From Vermamoeba vermiformis (lineage: Eukaryota), in NCBI GenBank assembly GCA_045837725.1, contig JBEWZL010000099.1, forward strand, positions 1-64,000: a stretch of 64,000 bases of DNA, written 5' to 3'. This document shows, piece after piece, positions 12,371 to 27,047 of the stretch (position 1 is its first letter; every line of letters begins with the position of its first letter). The notes beneath the pieces were generated by a model, which saw only the letters and a program-made list of their open reading frames with translations, was not told the DNA's origin and ran no database searches. The position numbers were made by a program, and so were the translations under genes.

Positions 12371-14440
12371 TCAAGAGGAGCCCACTGCAGCTGCTCGGCC
12401 TAGAAGTACTAACAAAAAGAGTAAGTTCCTTTCATTATAATTGCCATAATAGTAATTTGCTCGAGTAGAAAAGAAAAAGCCAAAAACGATCTCAAATTGT
12501 GGAAGAAGAACAAGAAAAGGAAAATGAAAGCGATGGTGAAGTTCACACAGTAACCGCCGAAGGTTTAGCACTTGAGAGCTGACGTAGATTTTAGCCAGTA
12601 TTTTTTGCTGGTCCTCTGTGCTTTTGATGTGGGTGAAGCTACAGATCTTTATCTTGGTAGCATCATCTTGGATGAACATAGCAAACTTACTTATTCTCTT
12701 CTTCGCACAGCTTGACATCCAGCAAACAGAGTTGGCATGTGCCCTACTAGTAAGTTAGTGCAAGCTTTTTAGCAAACAAGTATCTGACCTGGCATCAGGC
12801 ACATGCGGAGCCATTTGATATGGGACTTGCACAAACTGGGCCTGTTCATGCACTTGTTGTACAACTTGTTGTATGACTTGTTGAGGTGCTTGCATTTGTG
12901 CTTGAGGAGGTACCTGCACTAGTATTTGAGGTGATTGTTGAGGCTGTGCTTGCACTTGCACTTGGGGCACTTGCTGAGGTGGCACTTGCAGTTGAGCTTG
13001 AGGTACATGCACTTGAGGAGTCAGGACTTGTGGCTGAGATACCAGCACTTGTGAAGGAGACATTTGCACTTCACACACTTGTTTGTACAGAAGCTCTGCA
13101 GAGTGTTGCTTTGGCTTCACAACAGATTGTCGTGTCCACTCTGAGGAAAGGCCATTGGTTCAGTACTCTGCTCCCCACAATGGCACATGCAACTTCACAC
13201 ATACTCATTAGAAAACATATGTACTAATAAATTACTTACTCCTTCTCTATTTGCAACAGTTGGAATGCATTGAAGCGGATGCGTTACTACTGACTCCAGG
13301 TATTGAACTGAAGAACTCAAGAAGTACATCTCTTGACACAAGGGACAACCCTAATAACTTATTAACCGCCTTGAGTATGTTAACTTACTATCAGATTGTT
13401 CAGATGTGATTGAGAGTGCTCCAGGCATCTCTTTTTGCTCGGCAATGGTTGATCTTCAGTCTTTTGTTTTCCCCACTTTTGCATCTAGCAAAGACAATTT
13501 GGTCACATGAGCATATCTTCACTGAGCCATGAAATATTGACAACACAGGCACCACATACTTGCGATATTGGCAAGGCACGGCCAAAAGCAAGCTCTGCAT
13601 CATTGCACGCATCCTTCAATACTCTTCAAATCACTCCACTTGCTGTTGGTCTTTTTTCCTGATAAGATATGCTTTGATCTGATTATGCACAACAACTTTA
13701 AACGTGATCAGCTAGTGAGTGACAAGTCGATAGCACTCATAAAGAAGGAACAAGCACAAGTGATTGTGAAGGGACCCAAGATAACTGGTAAAAAGCCTCT
13801 GGCTTGCACTGCTACTGAGCCCTTGCACCTAAGAAAAAAAGTAGTCATTAACTGATTTTAACTACTTTCTAGCCCGCAAAGAAGCCACTAGCAGATGCAG
13901 AAGACACCGAAAAAGAGCCCCTGCAGAAAGAGAAGTTGTCACTCAACGAAGTGTGACACAGTTCAAAAGCAGAACAAGGCATTGGAGAAGAAGTACAATG
14001 ACATTGAAGCCAGACACAAGTCCCTTCATAGTCGATACGACCAAAAAAAGCAGGACCTAAATCATAGACAGGGACTCTGTGCAACTTCAAGTACAGCTTG
14101 CATCGGTGACAGAAGAAAATGACCCACTCCACGAGAAGCTTATGATTACCCAAAGCATCTGCACAACATGGAGCTCATGGCAACCGATTTACAGGAACAA
14201 GTGCGTCGTCAAAAGTAGTCGTTATTCTCGTTTCTCGGAAGGAGTGTGCCTGCGACTCAAAGATTGTCAAGTACAAAGAAGAACAGAAGAAAGCAACCTC
14301 TGCACAAATGAGTCAATTAGCTGCAACCTCAAGGCCTCCAGTGATAATTAATCCAGGTATGATGGCCCTGCAAAATCAAATGATGTACTCACCTGGTCAT
14401 GGCCCCTTTGTGCCATTCTACCCTCACTATCCAAGTTGTT
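12371..14440. pseudogene. CpG-decayed pseudogene remnants: minus-strand Q/P/V-rich and basic ORF, plus-strand coiled-coil ORF
   Basis: Minus frame ~13700-13400 reads QQVE*FEEY*RMRAMMQ...NHI*TI*, with TGA stops and many Cys in an Arg-rich context; Q-rich ORF 12755-13120; region nearly devoid of CpG. Confidence 0.5.
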
Positions 14441-14841
14441 AGCAGTTGGTTCAGTCACTCAAGCCACTTTCATAAAAAATAAATTTTGTTATTTTAACCA
14501 ATACAGCTTTTTATGTTACAAAATATGAGCAAGATCATGCCTCCACTCGTTGCAAACATGATGCACCAGTCAAATTCCATTGAATGTTAAGTGAACTATC
14601 CAAAAAAACCAACCTGGCCAGGTAATACTGCTGTGCATGTGCCTGTTCACTTCCAGTGATAGCCTGGAGCCAACTTCCTCTGGCTGCATTTTGGATGCTC
14701 AAGTTCAGTGCTACAGTTGTTAAGTTGTCAGAGAAGAAAGCATATTGGTTTTTGAGTACAAAAGATTCTGAGCCAAAGTATATCTCAAACACAAGGATTA
14801 AGGTAAATAATTATTTATTGTCAACAAACTAAGATGTTAAA

Positions 14842-16562
14842 TTAAAGAGAAAGCAAGGCAGCAAAACACACTACACCAAATCCAATACGAACTGAGTCGC
14901 TAGGTGAAACCAAGTTGGACTTCGGAGCGGCACCGGGTCCGGAAGCGGGAGTATTGCCAGTGCTAGGCGTGTTTACGTCGGGACTGTTTCCAACAGTAGG
15001 AGTGCCTGAAGGAGTGCTTTGGCTAGGCGTATCGCTCGGGGTATTAGAACCCTGGGGTTGACTGCCGGGAATAGCAGTGCAGCCGTTAGGACCCTCGCCA
15101 TTACCAGAGAAACCAGGGTTACACTGGCACGTGTAGGTCAAACCACCCACTGATGTGCAAGATGCATCGGGGCTGCAAGGAGTACTGTCGCACAAGTCAA
15201 TCACTAAGAAAATAACATTAATACGGTTTCAAAAATAGCACCTTCCATTTTAAGTAACAGAATCTCGCGTTACTTAATTGGCACGTAAAGTACTTACACG
15301 TGCAGCCATTGCCAGAGAACGTTCCGTCGCCGGTGTATCCATTTGGGCATTGGCATGTAAAGCCAGGCTGCTTGTTGATGCACGTAGCTGATTCGACGCA
15401 CGGATAATTAACAACTAATGAGCATTCATTGATGTCTACACGGTTCGTTAGACCTAATAAATATACCGACAAAGGCGTACCTTCGCAAGTAACCTCCTGT
15501 GGTGAGCCTGAATTGCCAGTATAACCGTCGGGGCAATAGCAGTAAAAAGAACCATCGGTATTACCGCACACAGAGGGAGTAGGACAATTTCCGTTTGGGA
15601 TTTCGGCGCATTCATTTACATCTGCAAAATAAAATTAGATTAAATATTATTTGTCGACGAACAATTGTTGAACACAAAAAGAGAAAACTTTATCGTACCA
15701 GTGCATCCGTTGGGGCCAATACCGTCGCCAGTGTATCCTGATTTACAAGTACATTGTACTGCGTTATTGACGTTAGCGCACGTGGCCTTAGGGCTGCATT
15801 GGCCAAGCAAACACTCATCAAAATCTAAAATTAATTAGTAAAAATTAAAAATTGGCCTATTTTTAGCAACTTACCTGCACAACCCGAACCATTCCAATAG
15901 TTACCGTCTCCGCATCCCGTGCGCCACTGAATATTGTCTGCCGCAAAAAAGCCTCCGTTGATTTCTAGTTTTTTGATCTGTCGGCTAGTCGCGCGCCACC
16001 CAGCTTCCAAATAGTAATTGGAACCACCAAAATTTTGTTTGTTGCCCATTTCAACACAAGTAATGAATTTGTCCACGCTGTCATAGATATTAGCCACCGC
16101 AACCACTTCACTTGCGCGATTATAACGGAACCAAATCTCGGAGATCGGGGGAGAAAAAGTGATTAGGCAAGTAGATTCGTAAATTAGTTGTGATCCATCT
16201 GATACACCTCCAAAGTAATAGCCAGGCTTGCCGTTCTCTTGACCACCCTGCCACCCAGCTGCCCCATTCCAAACAGTTCCACTACCAGTGCTATCCATCG
16301 ACAATATGTAGTCGGAGGCAGTACAAGAAATGCCGGAGAATGTAATACTTTGAGAACCCACTGTAATAGTGTGCGGACTGGCCTCATAGTCGCGAGGGGC
16401 TGAGTAACTGAGGTCGTCAAGTGTGATCGTGGCCGTTGGGTTAGGGATGATATTTGGAAGAGTAGTTGCTTGGTTCTGAACCGGAGTACAAGAAGCTGCT
16501 TCGGATGCGGCTATGATAGCTGCAATAAATACAATAATTGCGCCAAGTGTTTGTGCTCGCAT
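14842..16562 (-). CDS. Secreted, probably GPI-anchored protein with ~4 calcium-binding EGF repeats and an S/T/P-rich stalk
   Basis: Signal peptide MRAQTLGAIIVFIAAIIAASEA; DINEC..C..C.N..GFTCQC..GYTGDG repeats in separate exons; hydrophobic C-terminus VRIGFGVVCFAALLSL. Confidence 0.85.
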
Positions 16563-17219
16563 GATTGCAAAACGTAAAATAAAACGGAAACCGAAAAATC
16601 TTTTTAATTTCTATTTATAGGGTTGGTTAGTAACAAATTTCAATTAATTATATTCCCAAGAGTAGGGGATTAAATATATGACCCATGAATTGTCGGTTTT
16701 TGTTTTCAAATAAACTTGTAGTAACAACTTTTTTCATAGATTACCAAAATTGGAAAATTGTAGGTCTTCATTAAAATATATTGGTAATATGAAAAACAAT
16801 AAGGAACGTTAACGAGGTGTGTTTTCGGTTCTTATTGTCGTCGAGAAATAAGTCGTCGACGTAGAGAATAAAATTAGAATGCAAGATCTATTAAATTTAT
16901 CCTGATCCAGGATCGGTTGAAAACGTTTTCGCAATACTATTCCTACCTTTCGGCGGCATATTTGTAAAGAGAGAAAAGTATGACGCAATACTCAGCCAAA
17001 AGTCTTAAAAAGGGAAGCTAAATTGATTTGAGTCAGTGACTTCGTTGAGATGACTCTTTGTTACTTACGGAACGCACGGGCAATGTCAAAGCGATAGGTG
17101 CTACTCATGCAACAGCTTAATCTTGCAATATATATGTTAGTGTTTAACTGAAATTTACGAGCCGCAGCTAAGTAATATGAAGGATAGGACTGCTGTTTAT
17201 TACCAGGCGAACTGAATTG

Positions 17220-18799
17220 TTATGTAGATTTGGTCGAGCTCAATTTCATCTCACGCTCGGCTAGGCTCTTTGCTTCGTCTATATCGCGAATAAGCTCGTC
17301 AATCTAATAATAGGAAAGTTTGAGTCATGTTTCAGCGATTGGACGGGTTAAGAGTCAATACCTTTCCATGCACTACAATGTCAGCTTCGTTATCAATATC
17401 AGTAGCCTCTTCATTTATGAATATAACCTTTGCTCCATAAGATCTGAAACAACGTTAGAACGGCGCGCAAGACATTTCATGATTATCTTCGTACCTGGCC
17501 AGACCTGGCAGTAAATCCGAAGGCTCAGCCTGCAAATTGCTATTAGAACAATATATAGCCGTTGTAATCAACCTACCAAACCATGGAATCCGATGCCGAG
17601 GAAAACTTGAGGTGCGGATTTCATTTCGTTTAAGGCAATCATATGCGGCAATCCCTTCCTCGGTTCATTATGTAGTGGTATCTAATTGAAGCACTCGAGT
17701 CAATACTACGGCAAACAAATCGTTAATCTTAACCTACATCGAACTTAAGCGGTCCGAAGCAACGCGAGCACAACGGCGTCTTGATCACTTTTACATATTT
17801 CTTGTCGTCCTCGCTCATAAACGCAGGGTCATCGGGCAAACTGTAATCAACAGCAAGTTGCTCCTTTTCAGCCGGCGGTAGATAAACCATCTTCTCTGGC
17901 TGATCGACGACAAATTAGAACGGGCAAGAAAAATTAATTAATCGATGCTCACTGCAGCTTGTAATAGCTTTTGCTCCACGTAAGGTCGTTTGTGATGTGT
18001 TCCGCAGTTTAAACAGGTCGCAAAGAACGTAGATCCCTCCAGTTCAATCAATTTTTCCAGCGCTACGAAACATTTTAGGTTCTAGGACTAGCTAACCATA
18101 TTCTAGTAACGTACCGGCTTTATCGTTTGCTGAGTCGTAGTTTTGCGTGATTATAGCACCGAGTTTGCCTTCGACTTGCCAATGTCCTAAGATTTCATGT
18201 ATAATGTTGGGTTTCACCTTCGATACCGCTTTATCTATTTCAGGCCACTAATAGAAAGAATTGGAAACGCTGTAATATTATTAAAAGGCCGGAGGTGCGT
18301 ACCAATCGCCACAGTAACTCGGGCTGTCTCTGAAATAGTTTGTAATCCCATATTTTGTAATTGTATTTTTTCCATAAGTCGTGTGTTGGATCTCGTAAAT
18401 CTTTAAAACCGCTAAGAGTACTGACTCCAGGTCCCGTTAATGCGATCTGAGATGGCCAATCCGTTAGAACAAACTGTTTAATAACAGCGCTATTTTTAAA
18501 ACGTACGTAGCTTTTTGATGACGCAAGGACACGACCAATTTCTGAAATCACTTCCTCTGAGGAGAAATAAAAAATATTTGTGAGTGAATTCAGTGGATTT
18601 TTTACAGACGATGTTTAGATTGTAATTTTGCCTTAACTACTTTACTTATAAATTACGCATATCAAACACGTAAGGACTACGTACTAGTGGGTTTGGGAGG
18701 AGAAAAAATGGATGATCTGGGCTTACGCGCCCTGCGAAAAAATATTCGGCATTTCGAAGTGAATGCCTTCCACGTTAAATTACTGTTGTTGATAGACAT
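17220..18799 (-). CDS. Sirtuin (SIR2)-family protein with divergent active site
   Basis: Spliced: LTGPGVSTLSGFKDLR, KPNIIHEIL, IITQNYD, IELEGS..ATCLNC, CSRCFG, GAKVIFINEEAT..ADIVVHGK; start codon tentative. Confidence 0.8.
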
Positions 18800-19208
18800 T
18801 GAGCTTGCAAAGAGACGGGGCTTGCGACAGACCAACTTTTCTTTTTTTTTTTTCTTTTTCTTTTTTTTTTCACGCTTGGTTTTTTTTTATGCGGGCTAAG
18901 ATTTTCGTCGTCGGTTTTTGCTTCTTCGTCCATTCTTCCTCCCTTCTTTTGTTAGCGCATCGCATCCAACGTTAATACATAAGGTATGCATAATAATTGA
19001 TCCGGATAGCATCTTAAACGTCAGATGGCGATGAACGATGATCGTAGCACTCACAAAGCTCCACATCTTATTATCACGCATCCACATCTCCATTTAATAG
19101 CCAATTATTATTGGAATAAATATAACTCTACAACAAATACGAATAATTATTCTATAATTTACATTCAGCCAAATGGACGAATATAATAATAATTATTTAT
19201 TTTAAAGA

Positions 19209-19547
19209 ATGGCCAAATCAAAGAACCACACCAACCATAACCAAACCAAGAAGAACCACCGAAACGGTATTCTTAAGCCCAAGAAACACAGACAAACTTC
19301 CACCAAGGGTGTAAGTAAAATAATATTTTAATTTTGTCTAATAGCTATTATTTGTAAAATAATCATCTTAAACGTGTTATTATAATGTATATCTATTGAA
19401 ATTTCTCTTTGCCCGAGCATAGATGATAACATAATTTTGTAGATGGACACCAAGTTTTTGAAGAACCAAAGATTTGCTCGCAAATGGAACAACGTTAAGG
19501 GTGGTCGCGCTGCCGGCGAGGGTGCCATGGAAGTTGAGAAGAAATAA
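19209..19547 (+). CDS. RPL29: 60S ribosomal protein L29 (eL29), two exons
   Basis: [25 protein letters not shown]...KG | [14 protein letters not shown]; absent from the ORF track. Confidence 0.95.
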
Positions 19548-19620
19548 TTTGTCTTTGGCCTATTATAATAAATCTTTATAATTGAAAAATAACAGCGATC
19601 AGCCCAAACCGTTACAGCCT

Positions 19621-20520
19621 TTAGATTGAATGCGCGAACAGAAGCTGGGCTGAAAAATACAATGGATAGACGACTAACGCATTAACTACACGATTGCTGT
19701 TCGGCTCGAACACCTGACGTGATACGAACATGTCACTGGTTACGAACATGATTGCAGCGTACAGTAGGTACGAGTGTGGCATGTTCTTCGTCGCGCCCAC
19801 GGCAAACACCATCATGAGCATAATTATGTACGTGTAGCTCTCTATTAGCAGCCTGGTGTTGCTGAATTAGTTGGTGCTACAAAATGTTGTCACGGGCTTT
19901 CTACATACCGCATATCTCGTGGTACGCCAGGTCTAACCATAAAGTAGTAGACAATTAAAAACGGGACGGCTCCAACAGCGGCAAGGACCGTATAAGACCA
20001 AGATTGACCGATCAGGAGGAAAGCAATCAGGTAGCACAGGTGGCCAATGAAAAAGCTGATAACTCCTTTTTTGAACCAATCCATGTTCTTTCTAATATTA
20101 ATATTTATCTAGTTAGTCATATTAGTATAATTGAGGCCGTTCGCGCTAGATTTCTGAGACTGAGCCGTCAAATAATTTAAAAAATAACGAATTTACAAAC
20201 AAAATGGAAATTAGAGTCAAAATATTAATTTATACTTGACTTAGTCGCAACTGTTCGGTCACGTCTACGTACCTCGGGATTAAAAACACATCCCCAAAAG
20301 CACCCGCTATTAGGCCGACGAAAATGAAGAAATGCTGGCCGCTAGCAAGATTCGATGCAAAATGTCCGAAAAATCTTAGCGTGGCCAGCGACACAAAGCC
20401 CAAAGCGGCCAGAGGCTTCCCGATCCACATTAAAAAGTGCTCAGGACCAAGAAATATCTCGATGGATAATGTTGCTAAGCTAGCAAAAGCAACCCAAGTT
20501 GTGTGGAATGTGTCCATCAT
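19621..20520 (-). CDS. YhhN/TMEM86 lysoplasmalogenase-family membrane protein
   Basis: GKPLA, AFGDVFLI, FFIGHLCY, FVTSDMFV, YFSAQLLFA motifs across three exons. Confidence 0.9.
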
Positions 20521-20939
20521 GTTCGATCGTTGTAAAAAGTAACGAGGACCATTTTTTCATTAACGCGTTCATTTGTTCACCACTGCAGGCACCAAAACTA
20601 ACCCAACATTAACAAAGTCTAAATTATTGCCGAGCATACAATGGTACGTTGTCTGCCGATATCCTCAGCGATCAGCGTTTTTGGCGCCAGATGTTGCTAA
20701 TGATTCATTCAAAAGTGAACTAATATTTTTCTATCGCATACGTAGAGTCAAAGAAAACGATCCAGACGTATAGCAGTAAGTCCTTGCAAGAACAATTTAA
20801 AACAATTATTAATTATTAAATTAATTGGAAAAATCAGCGGGGTTCAAAGCCAAGACTAACTTAAGGATACAATATCTTATAATCAATTAATCAATTCGAA
20901 TTTATTATTTTCAAAAATCTAATTTTTTTTGTAAGAGCG

Positions 20940-22302
20940 ATGAATCGGAAGAAGACGTCAGTCAAGGTAATAGGCGCACTAGTTGAAGCATTAAATATAA
21001 CCACGCGTTCAGATGCACCGCGTAGTCAGAAGCGTCGAAAAGTTGACAGCGATGACGAAGGAGACACACAAGGTACCCAAGGTACGCAAAAGAAGCTACA
21101 GATCACGCACCAGGTATGGCTCTATTCAACTTACATAGCAATTCCTTATTCGTACCGGCATCTCCTAGGAGAGGCAAAAGCTCATTGGTGAGATGATGCG
21201 ATTCATGTTGTTCTCGGAGTCACACAAGAAGCCACTACGAAAGGATGAAGTCAACAAACACGTTATGAAGAACTATAAAAATAGAAAGCTTTACGACGAA
21301 ATTTTCGCCGAAGCAAAGTACCAATTGCTAAATACATTCGGATATGAGGTAGTCGAACTGGTGCCGGAAGGAAGTACGAACCGCAGTGTTATTTGACGAG
21401 CGTTGATACTAATCCTTTGCCGATAGAAAAGACTAGCAATACTCAATACGCAATGATCAACAAGCTAGCCGGCAACCCACTCCTGTTAGAATACGTTGAA
21501 ACACCAGACGCGCAAGAGCTCACATTACTAACAACAATACTCGACATGATTTACATAAACGATGAGCTGCTAGATCACGGTATGGTCTCCTTGATGACTT
21601 ATGTCGTTTTAATTGTAGCCGCAGACCTACTTCATGAACAGCTGGGAGTATTGGGCCTGCACAAAGGCGAGCATCACCCAGTGTTTGGAGACTGGGACAA
21701 GATGCTAAACAATTGGATTCGCCAAGGGTACGATAACCACTGTACTTACACATCTAATTAACTAACAACTGCTAGATATATTACTAAGAAACGAAATGAC
21801 ACTGCTCGAGAGGGTCAAGTCACGTACGAATATACCTTAGGTCCCAGAGCGTTGCACGTGGTTACGCGGAAGAATCTCTTAAAGCATGTCGCTGTGGTAT
21901 GTAATCGCTCCAAAATGCAATGGGACGAGTGCTAATCACAAAGCTAGGTATTGAACGAAGAGGTTGATCCAATCCGAGCAAAGGAGCTCGAAGACAAAGA
22001 ACGTGAGTACTTAAATTTACTAACTGAGTGAACGAATTTAATTGTTGCTTAACGCAGGTGAGAACCAGAAAAACAACAATAACGCTGAAAATGAGAAGAC
22101 CGCAGAGGACGACAACAATGAAGTCCAAGAATCGAGTCAACCTGTGCAACGGGCAAGTAATAACAATACCAATGCTTTCAGACCCATGGTCGGTGCTCTA
22201 CCTAGCGGATCGAATGCAGGCAGGGCAAGCACGGCCACGTACTCGAAGAAGGGTCGTTCTGCACAACGAACAAGAGACAGTACGGCTGATGACGACGATT
22301 GA
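20940..22302 (+). CDS. NSE3: MAGE-domain protein, NSE3-like Smc5/6 subunit
   Basis: MRFMLF..KPLRK..EIFAEAKYQL..FGYEVVE; LLTTILDMI; HPVFGDWDK..WIRQGY; YEYTLGPRA. Confidence 0.85.
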
Positions 22303-22644
22303 TGTAAATAGACCGATGATGTAAAGTGTTTTTTAAAAAAATCTGTGTTTCGATAGGCATTTGGTGTGTCAAGAGCATGGGCACGCTTGTCGCTTCCTTC
22401 TACGTTCACGAAGTCCGATCCTTGTCAACTCCGCTTACTGAACTTACGAATATTGTGTCGTCATTTTGTTGTTGAATTATCCCGTACTTGCGTTTCACAT
22501 GCTTTTTGTCCGTAATGCTTCGTCATCTGAAGTTAACCGTGAATTCATTCAATATTAATTTAGATAAATTTATTTCAGGCATATTAACAATGTAATTTGT
22601 ACAAAAATACATAATTTTTATGTATATTATTTTTTGGAACGTTA

Positions 22645-22902
22645 TTAGAGATATTCAGCGTACTCAACAGGATTGGCTGTCACGCACTCTCGCATTGCTG
22701 CAAACTTCTCCAAGCATTCCGCACCGTCTTTATTCTTGCTTAAATAAAAGCAAGAGAAGGCAGCGACCATTTGAGGGCCGCAGGAACCTTTCTTCAGTTT
22801 TTGGAGACACGGACTGCACCACATCTCTTCAAGTCGATCTTCGTCCGTCTTGACTGTTTGGGAGGGCTTAACCCAAAAAGTGATATTCTTAGTGGCGCTC
22901 AT
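22645..22902 (-). CDS. Mia40/CHCHD4-like twin CX9C protein
   Basis: WCSPCL..GSCGPQMVAAFSCF..GAECLEKFAAMREC..NP aligns with the Mia40 core. Confidence 0.75.
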   Translation of the reverse strand: MSATKNITFWVKPSQTVKTDEDRLEEMWCSPCLQKLKKGSCGPQMVAAFSCFYLSKNKDGAECLEKFAAMRECVTANPVEYAEYL

Positions 22903-23077
22903 TGTGTGTTTACGGTTAACCTGTTAACAAAACAAGGCCACGCGATCCAGGGCGGGTTTTTTTCTGCGGAGGAAAATTGTTGCGTGCCAAAAACCAAGCC
23001 AGCAGTAACTTCTCAAACATTCAAGATTTTCAGACACATTCTCATACGAACAACAACAAAGGTCTCAATTTTAAAGA

Positions 23078-24369
23078 ATGAGCAACTCACGAAAGAAAGT
23101 TTTATTGAAGGTTATCATTTTGGGAGATTCTGGGTACGGCTTGATCAAGCATTGCTCAGCTCTAAACACCAATTCTAACAGCTGCTTTTATTATATTACA
23201 GCGTCGGCAAGACTTCTTTGATGAACCAATATCCTTTTCAAACTTGCGTCCTGATTTAATAATATTTTTTAATTGACTAACGTATTTGCGTATTTAATTC
23301 ATTGGCCTCTATTATCCCTTAACACATAGATACATATGTCAACAAAAAATTCAGCAACCAATACAAAGCCACCATCGGTGCCGACTTTTTGACGAAGGAT
23401 GTTATGGTCGATGATCGCTTCGTTACTATGCAGGTTAGTTTCTAGTAATCACATTTAAATAATATCAAGATAAGAATTGTGCTCGTGTATTTTCATATCG
23501 AATGGAAGTATAACCATTCAACAGCACGCCGATTAGAATTGGGTCTGGTCGTTTCGATCCACATAAGAATTTTCTATTTATTGTTCTTATTTATTGGTAC
23601 TTATTTTATGTTGATTATCGGAAATAATTACGTTCTACTTACTTGATGTTAATTTCTTTCTTCTCATTAAGCCCAAAGTTAATTATAATTTGTGCAACGT
23701 AGTAATAACTGATCGTGTAGATTTGGGATACTGCTGGTCAAGAACGCTTCCAATCTTTGGGTGTTGCTTTCTACAGAGGAGCTGATTGCTGCGTTTTGGT
23801 TTACGACGTCAATGTCGCCAAGACTTTCGAAAATCTGGAATCTTGGAGAGACGAATTTTTGATTCAAGTATGTACTTGCCAAGCTACGAGCATTCGCAAA
23901 AATATTATCTATTATGTGAGGATGTTTTTTTAATTTATTATTTATTTAGGCTGCTCCTCGCGATCCGGACAACTTCCCTTTCGTCGTTATCGGCAACAAG
24001 ATCGATTTGGACCACCAACGTGTTGTCAGCCAAAAGAGAGCTATGGCTTGGTGCCAACAAAAGGGTGACATTCCTTACTTCGAGACTAGGTAAGGCGCGC
24101 ACAATAACTAGCACGGTTTGCACGCAAGCTAACACGAGCCTTTGTACAGTGCCAAAGAAGCCATCAACGTCGAACAAGCCTTCCAACACGTTGCCAAGTT
24201 GGCTCTTAAGCAAGAACAAGACAACGACGTTCCGTAAGTACCTTGCTTCGAGCACTTAACACGTGGCAAGCAGTTGTGATCTGATCGTTTATCTCGCTTT
24301 AGTTTCGTTCCTGATGGCGTCCAATTGACCAACACTGAGCCTAAAGAAGACGGTGGCTGCCGTTGCTAA
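23078..24369 (+). CDS. RAB7: Rab7 GTPase
   Basis: [71 protein letters not shown]-terminal CRC. Confidence 0.97.
23229..23333 (+). other. U12-type AT-AC minor intron in RAB7
   Basis: 5' ATATCCTTTT, branch CCCTTAAC, 3' AC; removal restores MNQ-YVNKKF. Confidence 0.93.
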
Positions 24370-24902
24370 GGCGACTCACGTGACGAGTGCGAAGAGAGAA
24401 CAAAGAGGGCTGATTGAATGACTACATTTCATTTATTTTCGTGAGTGGCTTTGTACGTCACTCACTTGTTTATTAATTCTTGTACAATTTGCCTGTATGT
24501 TATGTTGATCGGTTACTTCAAGTACTCCTTTCAAAAGGGTATAATTTTATATATAAAAACCATATTTAACGCAGATGCGATCAGTCTTTGGGATCCCGCT
24601 CAAATTCGAAAAAGGGAATAAATATTGAATATCTAAGTGTAAATTAGTTTTCATTGAGTTGTAACGTGGTATTGGGTTACTCGGTACCAAAATGCAGATT
24701 GCCGCGCTTTTTTTCTGGACCGCCTGTGCGGTTGATTCGTTGCAGTTTTTTTGCTTGCAATTAAATTTTATTACCAGCGGCTACTTGACTAACACTAAGC
24801 CCTTTAGAACGCTAAACAACATTCGCTTGTAGTTTAGTGTTATTGTATACTAGTTTATTAGTGTTTGTTTGGAATCGAATGAATTATTATTGTTAAATCT
24901 AG

Positions 24903-26854
<1,952 letters not shown>

Positions 26855-27047
26855 TGAATTTAGTTTTAGTTTAATAACAACAAAAACTAAAGAATTTTTT
26901 TTTCGTCATCACTTTGTAACTAGTATTATGTGATTATAAAGTAAATTTTTAACTTAATTGCTCGCACGTAATATTAAAATACACAAAGAATTGCTAACGG
27001 TTTTAGTTTAACAGTTCAAAATTTTATTATACACAAGGTTGATTGTT

